Below the pieces are notes generated by a model. It was not told where the DNA came from. It saw nothing but the letters and a program-made list of their open reading frames with translations, and did no database searches. A stretch of DNA of 42,152 bases from contig CALMXT010000154.1 of assembly GCA_937871125.1 (NCBI GenBank), positions 1 to 42,152 on the forward strand, in the 5' to 3' direction. Made by a program: the position numbers and the translations under genes. This stretch comes from an uncultured Zoogloea sp. Lineage in GTDB: Bacteria; Pseudomonadota; Gammaproteobacteria; Burkholderiales; Rhodocyclaceae. The number at the start of each line of letters is the position of its first letter. The stretch's first letter is position 1. Below, piece by piece: positions 1-9,300 of this stretch.

Positions 1-11
1 TGGAGTGAGTT

Positions 12-260
12 TTGGATACGAAGAAGGAAGTGCTGTCGATTCTCGACGAGGTTCTGAATCTGGGCGGTGCCGCCGCGCAGTTTGAGCTTGACACGCCTTT
101 GCTGGGAGCCCTGCCGGATCTGGACTCGATGGCAGTTGTGGGTTTGATCAATATTCTTGAAGAGCGCTTTGGTTTCTTCATCGAGGATGACGAGATCGAT
201 GGCTCCACCTTCGCATCCGTGGGTTCGCTGGTCGAATTCGTGAATGGAAAATTGGCCTGA
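12..260 (+). CDS. Acyl carrier protein, resembling the type associated with exosortase A/PEP-CTERM loci
   Basis: 82-aa acidic protein with phosphopantetheine-attachment motif LDSMAVV and LEERFGF..DDEI; TTG start preceded by GGAG. Confidence 0.85.
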   Translation: MDTKKEVLSILDEVLNLGGAAAQFELDTPLLGALPDLDSMAVVGLINILEERFGFFIEDDEIDGSTFASVGSLVEFVNGKLA

Positions 261-340
261 CGTGCTGGCCTGAAGCCCCGGCGGAGCGGTTTTTACTGCT
301 CGCGGGGCAAGGAAGGTGGCCGCTGTTGCGGCTCTTCCAT

Positions 341-374
341 AACGCCGGGTCATTGCGACCCGGCGTTTTCTTTT
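341..374 (+). terminator. Rho-independent terminator between the converging ACP and nasA genes
   Basis: Perfect 11-bp stem AACGCCGGGTC/GACCCGGCGTT with 5-nt loop ATTGC, followed by TTCTTTT. Confidence 0.75.
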
Positions 375-393
375 CTGAGCTTGGGTTCAGTCC

Positions 394-3126
394 TCAGTTT
401 TTCACGCTGTGCTGCAGGCGCTTGAGTTCCGGCACGCAGGAGCCGCAGTTTGTGCCGCACTTGGTGCGGGCCTGAAGGACTTCAAGGGAGTCGCCGGCTC
501 TGAAGGCGGTAAGAATGTCGTCTTCGGCCACGTCGAAGCAGTTGCAGATCACCTTGCCGCGGGCCGCTTGGCCAGCCGGCGGCTGGAGCAGCGGTGCCAG
601 TAGCCAGGGCCGCACGGCTGCGGCGGAGTGGCCTTGGACCATCATGTCGGCGAGCCAGTCGGCGGCTTTGGTTTCTCCGGCGAGCCGCACCGCGGTGAGC
701 GAATCGCCGCTGACCAAAGCCCGTTTGGCGACGTCCTTGCGGCTGTCCTGATACGACAGCACCTGCGTCGGATCGTCGAGGGCCAGGTCGCGGTCGAGGG
801 CCGCGAGAACCTCCGGCGGGAGTTCTTCGCCGCGGGCTTTCAGCACGACCACCGGCGCGCCACGCCCGGCCAGGGTCAGACTGGCATAGGGGAAATGAGG
901 CAGCCATTGGCGCAACTTGGCCATCACTTCCAGCGGGTTGGGCTGCAGATTTCCGTCGCTGTCGACATCGCTGCGACGCATGGCGACCAGCGCTTTGCCG
1001 GCAGCGTATTTTTCCACCTGCACGGCGGCGTGCTTGAGCTCCGGTTGTTTCGATTGCGGATCGAAAACGGCGGGTAGCAGCACATTCACGCCCAGGCCGC
1101 CCATGGTGTTGCCGCCCCAGTGCATGGGCAGGAAGCATTGGCCCGGACGCAGGGTGGCGGAATTCTGGACCTTCAGCACCACGTCGCCGCGTTTGCTCTT
1201 TACCTTGACGAGATCGCCGTCGGCGAGACTGCGCCGCTCCATGTCGTCCTTGTGCATGTGCAGCGTCGGCTCGGCTTCGTGGCTGTACAGGCGGGCGACG
1301 AGGCCGGTTCGGCTCATGCCGTGCCACTGGTCGCGCAGGCGGCCGGTGTTGAGGTGCAGCGGGTAGCGGGGGCTGGGGGATTCGGCCGTGATCCGGTGTT
1401 CGGTGGCGACGAAGCGGGCGCGGCCAGAAGGTGTGGGGAAGACGCCGTCTTCGTAGAGCCGGACCTTGCCCTTGGTTGCGCCTTCCGGGAAGGGCCATTG
1501 CTGCGGGCCGGCGCTTTCGAGCAGGGCATAGCTGAGGCCGGTGATGTCCAGATCGCGGCCGCGGGTGGATTCCCGATGCTCGTTCCAGACTTCTTCCTGG
1601 GTGGTGTAGGGGAACATCCGTGCGGCAAGGTCGCCCTTGCCCAGACGGGCGCCCAGACGCCGGGCGAAATCCACCACGATCGCCCAATCGTGGCGTGCTT
1701 CGCCCGGCGCGGGCACGGCACCTCGGACGCGGGTGATGGCGCGCTCCGAGTTAGTGACGGTGCCGTCCTTCTCGCCCCAGGTGGTGGCGGGCAGCAGGAG
1801 GTCGGCGTATGCGCAGGTTTCGGTGTGGCCGAAGGCTTCCTGCACGATGACGAATTCGGCGGACTTGAGGGCTTCGTCGATGAGGGTCTGGTCCGGCATC
1901 GACTGGGCCGGGTTGGTGCAGGCGATCCAGACCGCCTTGACTTCGCCGGACTTGAGCGCTTGAAACAGTTCGACGGCGCTCTTGCCGGGCTTGTCGGGCA
2001 CGCTGTCGATGCCCCACAGGGCGGCGACTTCGGCGCGATGGGCCGGGTTGGCCATGTCCCGGTGGGCCGACAACAGATTCGCGAGACCGCCGACCTCGCG
2101 ACCGCCCATGGCGTTGGGCTGGCCGGTAAGGGAGAACGGCCCGGCGCCGGGCTTGCCGATCTGGCCCGTGGCCAGGTGCAGGTTGATCAGTGCCGAGTTG
2201 TTGTGGGTGCCGAAAGAGAACTGGTTGAGCCCCTGGCAGTACATCGACATCGTCGCCTTGGAGGTGGCGAAGATCTGGGCTGCCTGCTCGATGGCTTTTT
2301 TGTCGAGTCCGCAGATCGAGGCGGCCATGGCGGGGGAGTATTCGCGGACGACCTTCTTCAGTGCATCGAAGCCTTCGGTGTGGGCTTCGATGTAGTCGCG
2401 GTCGATCCAGCCTTCCCACAGCATCACGTGGAGCATCGCGTTGTAGAGGGCGATGTCGGTGCCGGGCATCAGCGCGAGGTGGAGGTCGGCGGCTTCGGCG
2501 GTGTCGGTGCGGCGGGGGTCGATGACGACCAGCTTCATCTCCGGATTGGCCTTGCGGGCGTCCTCGACGCGGCGGAAGGTGATCGGATGGGCGAAGGCGG
2601 TGTTGCTGCCGGTGATGAACAGCGCCTGGGTGTCGGCAATGTCGGCGTAGCTGCAGGGCGGGGCGTCGGCGCCCAGGCTGAGCTTGTAGCCGGCCACGGC
2701 GCTGGACATGCACAGACGCGAATTGGTGTCGAGGTTGTTGCTGCCGATGAGGCCTTTCATCAGCTTGTTGAAGACGTAGTAGTCCTCGGTGAGCAACTGG
2801 CCGGCGCCATAGACGGCGACAGCGTCGGGGCCGTGTTCCTGGATGATGGCGGCGAATTTTTCTACCGCGGTGTCGAGGGCCGAGTCCCAGCTGACCCGCT
2901 GGCGAGCTTCATTGCGGTTTGCGCGCAGTTCGGGGTAAAGGGCACGGACGGCAAGGGTTTCGGGTGCAGCGGAAAAATGGAGCGTGGCTCCTTTGGTGCA
3001 AAGCCGGCCGAAGTTGGCCGGGTGATCGGGATCGCCCTTTACGCCGACGACGCGACCGGCTTCGTGTTCGATGATGACGCCGCAGCCGACGCCGCAGTAA
3101 CAACAGGTGGATTTCGTTTCGGCCAT
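394..3126 (-). CDS. nasA: Assimilatory nitrate reductase catalytic subunit (Mo-bisPGD, N-terminal 4Fe-4S, C-terminal BFD-like 2Fe-2S)
   Basis: STCCYCGVGCG...HPANFGRLCTKG, NSRLCMSSAV, LTGQPNAMGGRE, LNTGRLRDQWH, C-terminal ICNCFDV..CGTNCGSC. Start moved from 3306 to ATG 3126 (MAETKST), which has an AAGGAG RBS and lies just downstream of a sigma54 promoter. Confidence 0.93.
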   Translation of the reverse strand: MAETKSTCCYCGVGCGVIIEHEAGRVVGVKGDPDHPANFGRLCTKGATLHFSAAPETLAVRALYPELRANRNEARQRVSWDSALDTAVEKFAAIIQEHGPDAVAVYGAGQLLTEDYYVFNKLMKGLIGSNNLDTNSRLCMSSAVAGYKLSLGADAPPCSYADIADTQALFITGSNTAFAHPITFRRVEDARKANPEMKLVVIDPRRTDTAEAADLHLALMPGTDIALYNAMLHVMLWEGWIDRDYIEAHTEGFDALKKVVREYSPAMAASICGLDKKAIEQAAQIFATSKATMSMYCQGLNQFSFGTHNNSALINLHLATGQIGKPGAGPFSLTGQPNAMGGREVGGLANLLSAHRDMANPAHRAEVAALWGIDSVPDKPGKSAVELFQALKSGEVKAVWIACTNPAQSMPDQTLIDEALKSAEFVIVQEAFGHTETCAYADLLLPATTWGEKDGTVTNSERAITRVRGAVPAPGEARHDWAIVVDFARRLGARLGKGDLAARMFPYTTQEEVWNEHRESTRGRDLDITGLSYALLESAGPQQWPFPEGATKGKVRLYEDGVFPTPSGRARFVATEHRITAESPSPRYPLHLNTGRLRDQWHGMSRTGLVARLYSHEAEPTLHMHKDDMERRSLADGDLVKVKSKRGDVVLKVQNSATLRPGQCFLPMHWGGNTMGGLGVNVLLPAVFDPQSKQPELKHAAVQVEKYAAGKALVAMRRSDVDSDGNLQPNPLEVMAKLRQWLPHFPYASLTLAGRGAPVVVLKARGEELPPEVLAALDRDLALDDPTQVLSYQDSRKDVAKRALVSGDSLTAVRLAGETKAADWLADMMVQGHSAAAVRPWLLAPLLQPPAGQAARGKVICNCFDVAEDDILTAFRAGDSLEVLQARTKCGTNCGSCVPELKRLQHSVKN

Positions 3127-3152
3127 GGGTGCTCCTTTGATTCGAGGAATCA

Positions 3153-3168
3153 AGCAAAGGACGTGCCA
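3153..3168 (-). promoter_or_regulatory. Sigma54 (-24/-12) promoter of nasA
   Basis: Minus strand reads TGGCACGTCCTTTGCT, matching TGGCACG-N4-TTGC(A/T) with exact GG-N10-GC spacing, 26 nt upstream of the nasA ATG. Confidence 0.88.
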
Positions 3169-3267
3169 TGTTGAGTGGGTGAGGTGTGGGGAGCACGCGC
3201 CGACTGGGTTTGGGCGTTTGCGAAGCCTTGTGCTGCAAGGCTTGCGGAGTCGGCGGCCACGCTCCAT

Positions 3268-3346
3268 TTCACCAGCTTGGGGCGTGGCGGGTCTAATCCA
3301 GTGCATCGCCCCGGTTTTGGGTGGAGGCGCGCACCAAACAGGGGCG
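3268..3346. promoter_or_regulatory. Putative NtrC-type enhancer boxes upstream of the nasA sigma54 promoter
   Basis: Degenerate matches to TGCACCA-N3-TGGTGCA: TTCACCAGCTTGGGGCG (3268-3284), GGGTCTAATCCAGTGCA (3289-3305) and CGCACCAAACAGGGGCG (3330-3346), 100-180 bp upstream of the promoter. Confidence 0.55.
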
Positions 3347-3352
3347 TTGCGC

Positions 3353-6300
3353 TTAGGGCTTGGCGCTGTCCTTTTCGCTACCTTTCGCGCGATCCGCCTG
3401 CGTGTGCGGGGCTTCCGGCTTGCCGAGGGCGACGGCCAACTGTCGGAGCAGGCTTGCCCGCTCGGTATCCCGGTCGGCGGCGCGACAGTCGAGAAGATCG
3501 GCGAAGATCGTCAATTGAGCGGTAACCGAGTCGAGTTCGCGGCGGGTGTAGGTGAGGCTCCTCACGGCGCTGCGATAGCACACGGCGAGCCGCTGGCATG
3601 CCGCCTCGTCGGTGTCGGCGGCCTTGTCGCAGAGCCAGCGGGTGAGTTCGGTGTCGGCCGGCATCACTGCATCGAAGAAGCTGTAGTTGCGCTCGAAGCG
3701 GGCGCGGGCGGCGGCTTCGCAGCGTGCGAGCTGGGCCTGGAGGTCGTCCGTCGGGCCGAGCAGAATGTCTATCTGCAGGCGGTTGAGGCTGCAGTAGGGA
3801 TTCCATTCGCTTGTCGATTCGGGGCTGCCTTCGCCGCATGCGTAGGCGTCCCGGGCAACGGTGAGCGCCGCGGCGACCTCTTTCCAGGGCTTGCCCGAGC
3901 GGGCGAGGACGATGGCGCGACGCTTGTGGGCGCTGCCGAGGATCGCCTGCCGCTCAGGGGTGCGTGAAGCCCCGCGGCTCGCTTCCTGTCGTGCGTGGGG
4001 TTGGACGGCAGACAGGGCGATGAGCGATTCCAGGCGGGCGATGGCGTCGCGGGCGAGGCTGGCCGCGGCGTTCAGATCCTGGTCCGGGCCGGCTTCGCTG
4101 ATCTGCTCGGCCTGACGGGCCTCGATGTTGGCGAGTTGCTCGATGGTGGCGATGGAAACCAGGCCCCGCGTCGAGTCTTGGCCGATGGCCTTGAGCAGCG
4201 CTTCGCGGGCCGGCTGGAAGCCCTCCCGGCCGTATGCGCCGTAGAGGCGTCCGATGGCTTGTTGGACTTCGGGGAGATCGATCCAGGTTTCGGGCACGTT
4301 TTTCAGGCGGGTCTTCACGCGCTGGGCGACGGCCTTGAAACCGACGGTTTTGAGTTCGGCGGCCTTGCGGTTTTGTCCGGCCGTGGCGAGACGGCTGTCG
4401 AGGCGGCGCTGTTCCAGCCAGTCGATCAGTTCGTCCGGGGCGTGCATTTCCTGGTTGTCCGGTGCCGCGCCGCGTTGCACTTTGAGCTGGAAGGACGGGT
4501 CGCCGTAGGCTTGGTAGGCGCCCCAGGTGTTGCAGCCGGGATGGGCGTCGAAAGCGGCCCGGCGGGCGGTTTTGATGGCATCGCCGAAGCTGGCGTTGTG
4601 CCCGGCCATTTCGGTGAAGAAGGTTTCGGTGAAGGTCTGGGCGGCGCTGTCGTCCACCTCCCAGCCGGCGGCGACCACGCAGCGCACGCCCATGTCGATC
4701 AGTTCGCGGGACAGGCTGTAGGCCAGCCGGTTGCTGCCGGCGCCGGCTTCGGGGCCGATCTTGCCCAGGTGGCAGCAGCTCAGGAAGACGAGGTCGGGGA
4801 CGTTTTCCATCAGACCGATTTCGGTGGCCGACAGCAGCAAGCCGTCGGAGAGCACCACGCCGCTGCGGTAGCTGCCGTCGGCGGCGCGCTTGGCGTGGAT
4901 GCCGTGGGCCGAGATCATCAGGATGCGGTAGGGGCGCGCGAAGAGGCGGGTGAAGACGTCGCCGGCGACGGAATCCGACGGCACCGGGGTGACGTTGTAA
5001 CCGGCGTCGGTGAGGGTCCGGCTCACCGTGTCGCCTTCCCTGGTGGCGCCCGGCAAATCGGCGAGGCGGTCTTCCTTGGGTTGGCCGTCCGGGCCCAGGG
5101 CCGGTTTCCAGCCCGGCCCGCCGAATTGGGCATGGAAGCCGTGGGTGTCCGGGTTGGCGATGACGCAGGCCGAGAGCTGGTCGGTGCGGACGATCTGCCG
5201 GCGAAAGCGCGGGGTGACGAACTGGCGCACGACGCGGCTTCGCAGCACCAACGGCCGGCCGTCCACTTCGAGCATTTCCCAGGGCAGGTTGGCGCTGCTG
5301 TCGTCCACCATCAGGATCAGATTGTCCATCTGGCGGGCGGCGGCTTTGAATTCGAGGGGCACGAGCAGTTGGAACATGGTGTTGCCGAAGCCCGCGTCGG
5401 GGGCGTAGAGCGTCGGGGTGCCGCCATTGAAACTGCTTTCGCAGAGCTTTTCGACGAGGCCCGGCTGGCGCAGTTGGACGATGCTCTCGGCACGGGCCTT
5501 GTCGCTCATGAAGATGAATTTGAGGCGCCCGGCGTAGCGTGGCGACGGCGCTTCGTCGAGGCCGGTGGGGATGGGCAGGTGGCCGTCGGCCACTTTGTCG
5601 CCGCAACCGTAGAGGCGCAGGATCTGGCGCAGGTTTTCAGGCGGCAGCGGGAGCTGGAAGCGCGGGGTGTAGCACTCGGCGCTGCAGCCGGTTTCTTCCC
5701 GGTCGGCGTCGCAGATGACGAGCCGCGGCCAGTAGTCGGTGAAGGGCGACACGCCGAGGCGCTGGCGCATGCCCTCGCCGAAGCGCAATTCGTCGGCGGT
5801 GTCGAGTGTCTGCTTGAGGGTTTGCAGTTCGTTCTTGAGCGTGGTGCCGAGCCGGCTGACGGCGTAGGCGGCGGAGATGGCGGTGTCGCGGAAGACTTCG
5901 ACGATCTGAAGTTCGGCGACGAAGGCGCGGCGGGCATCGGGCCGGTCGGCGCCGTTGTCGAAATCCCGGTTGGCGAGCAGAACCCCGAGCGCCACGGCTT
6001 TGACCGCTTCGCCTACGTCGAGCTGGAGCGCGGAGTTGGAGCCGATCAGCAGGCTGGCGAGCCGGAGGCGCAAGGTCGGGTCGGCGTCGTCCTGCGGGCG
6101 GTCGGGCTGCTCTTCGCCGTAACGGTCGGAGGCGTGGAGGAGATAGCGCAGCACGCCGCCGCGCACGGCTTCGGTGACGCCGTCGGCAGACAGCTTGCCC
6201 ATTTCGCCCAGACCGACCACCACCGCGCCGCGTCCGGTGAGGCGCTGGCGCTCTTCGGGGGTACGTGGCATCAGCACGACGGTGGCGTTGCCGAGTTCGC

Positions 6301-9300
6301 CGGAGTGGATGCCGAGGCGCTGGCGTTGGCTGAGGGCGCCGTCCACGAGATAGCGGTCGATGACGCTTTCGGCGGCGGCGATCGGATCGCCCCGATAGTG
6401 GCCGCAGAGCACGGGAATCTGCACGAAGCGTAGATCCATGGCGGTGACCGACACGTGCAGGACGCGGTTTCTGCCTTGCGGCGCGGTGCGCCGGATGCGT
6501 CCGCCGAGGAGCCGGACGGTGGCTTCGGCGGCGCCCGGATAGCCTTCCGGCGGGCCGGCCCGGTAGGTGCGCACGGCGGCGGCGTCGGCTTCGTCGCCGC
6601 GGCTCACCGGCAGCGTGGCGAGCTTGCGCGGGCTGCCGCGGCTGAGCAGGGCCAGGATTTCGTCGAAGTATTTTTCGGTGCTGGTCAGGCCCGAGTGGTC
6701 GACCGGCATCAGCCATTTGCGGTCGGCGGGCAGATCCGGCAGATGACCGGAGGCCCAGGTGACGGAGCCGTCGCCTTGAGGCGTGCCGCAGAGCAGGAAG
6801 CCGGTTGGCTTGCGGTTGGCATCGGTTTGTTCGCGTAGCCCGCAGGGGGTGTTGTCGCTTTGACCGAACACGTAGGCGATGCGCTCCGGCGCCTTGCGTA
6901 CCCAGGCGGTGTCGGCCACCGCGAACCAGAAGTCGCGGGCTTGCTGGAGCAGCTCGGCAGCGGGTTTGCCGCCCAGGCGATGGCCGAACCAGAAGTCGTC
7001 GTTGAGGGCGGCCAGGGTGCTCCAGGTTTGCGGGTCGTGATAGTTGCGCGCGGTGGTGTTGCCGGTGTCGATGAAGTCGGGGGCGGGCAGCAGGTGCACT
7101 GCGCCGGGAAAGCCGGCGACGATGTCGAGGATGTCCTGCATGTCGTGGCGCAGGTCGACCCGGGCCAGGGTGCGGATGGTGTCGGACTGCCCAAGCAGGG
7201 TGTCGACGAACAGGTGGGCGCCGTGGTTGGGGGTGCCGAGCATGACGAGGCGGCCGCCGTCGCGGGCGACGATGGCGTCCCAGAGGGTCTTGTCGTGGGC
7301 GAAGGCGGCGCGCACGACCAGCCCGCCCATGCTGTGGGCGAGGATGCGCACCGGCTTGTCCGGGTTGTCGGCGAGGGCGCTGCGCAGGGTGGTGGCGAGC
7401 TTTTTGCCGAGATCGGCGATGGGCTGGCGCCAGTCGTAGGCGAAACGGATCAGCGTGTGGGTGGCGCTCAGGTGGTCGGCGAGCCGGCCATAGGCCAAGT
7501 TGACAAAGCCGGCCTCGCTGACCTGGGCGTCGGTGTTCATGGCGATGCGGGTCAGCCGGCCGATGGCAAGCTTGACCGGGTCGAGCCAGATCTTGTCGCC
7601 GTTGGCGGCAAGGTGGCTGCCCATGATGCCGGGGAGGAAGACGAGCACGGCTTCGGGCGGCTTGGCGTCGCCGCGGGTGGCGGCGGCGGGGGGCGGTTCG
7701 AGTTCGGGCAGCGCCGGAGTGGTCCATTCGGCGAGGTCGGCGGGGCTGTCGTCGCTCAGCCAGCGGTGCAGCGCAGCGGGCAGCGGGCGGCCGTCGGCGG
7801 TGGCGCTGTCGTCGCGGAAATAGCGGAAATGGTTGATGTTTTCGCCGCGCACGAAGATCGCCTGGGCGCGAGCCTGACCGGCCAGCCCGCCGTACATCGA
7901 GGCGGTGTCCACCACCAGATCGTTGTTGGCGCGGTCGAAGAACATCCAGTCGGTGAACATGGCGCCGAGGCGCTTGATCATTCCGCCGCCTTCGATGTCG
8001 CCGGCGACGATGCCCATGACGAGGCCCGGCCGGCTGGGCGCCGAGGCGAGCAGCATGCCCATCGGGGCGTCCGGCAGCATGGCTTCGATGCCGGGCAGCA
8101 GATGGGGCTCAAGGCGACGGTTGGCGATTTCGAGCACCACCCGGGTCAGGAAGGCGAGGCTCTTGTCGGCCGCAGCCTTGGCGGCGAGGGCTGCGCCGGG
8201 GCCGGAGGCGATGCCCGCCGCGGCGCCGGCCGTCCAGCCGCCGAAGCGGCGGACGAGGGTGAGCAGGCCGGACAGGAAGAGATCGAAGTTATCGCTGAGC
8301 AGCGATGTGCCCCGCGCCGGGCTGGCGACGCGCACGTAACGTTCGATGCGGAGCGCTTTTTGCCGCAATTGCTGGATGAGCTCGGTGAGCTTGGCCTGTT
8401 CCTGGCTGGCGAAATTTTCCAGCTCGGCCTGGGCGATGGGATTGAGCTTGTCCTTGAGGCGCTCCCGCGGGCGGGGGCGGTAGTTGCCCACCAGCAGCGC
8501 CAGCCGGGCGTCCTCGTCGGGGCTGGGGTCGAGGCAGAGCAGATCGCCGACGAGGCCGCCGCGGGAGTGGGTGACGAGGGAAATCCGTGCGCCCTTGGGC
8601 AGCAGCCGGACGAGGGCGAGGGCGTTGTCGATGGGGCTTTCGGAGAAGGTGGGGTGCTCGAAACCGAAGAGCCGGCCTTCGAACTGGTCGACGAGTTTTT
8701 CCCAACTGCGACTGCCGGGCAGCTCGCCGAAGGCGCCGAGGGTGTGGGAGCCGGTGCCGTGGATGAAGATCAGGCCCGGTTTGTCGATGAGTTCAGCGAG
8801 GGCGGGGTCGCCTTCGTCGAGGCGGGCACTAGCGTCGAGGGCGCCGCCGCGCCAGGGGTAGAGGCCGGGTTGGCCGGCCAGCTTCTGTTCGATGGCCCAG
8901 ACGATGGCTTTGGCGCCGAGGGCGGAGGCGCCGGCGACGGCCATGTTTTCGACGGCTTTGCCGGTGAGTTCGGCGAGCTTTTCGCCGGCCAGATCGGTGA
9001 TCTTGTCCGGAACCAGGGTGAGCGCCGTGACCTGCCGCCAGATCCATTCGCCGACGCCCCGGTTGTTGGCGTCCCGCGGGCGCAGGGCGGCGAGGTCGAG
9101 GGTGGCGTCGGCGCCACGCAGTTCGGGGCGGGATTGGGCGAGGCTGGCAAGGCGCTCGGCGAGGGCGTCGGCGCGCATGAAGATCGTCGTGCCGTCGGCG
9201 GCTTCGAGCGCCAGCAGGCCGGCGTCGGGGGCGAGGTCGATCTTATCCGGCGCGTCTTCGCTGCGGCTTGCCGGGCTGAGAGTCCAGGTGCGGGTGGCGA

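Noticed and set aside
3127-3306. N-terminal extensions in the ORF track for nasA (also ybiB, mtnA, ybdL, pilR, azlD and the sugar transferase)
   Set aside because: The extensions run through promoters or neighbouring genes; family-typical N-termini and RBSs point to the downstream starts used here.
6593-7678. RGD tripeptides as integrin-binding adhesion motifs
   Set aside because: The protein appears cytoplasmic (no signal peptide) and the same motif is in the metacaspase linker; a protease-site reading fits better.
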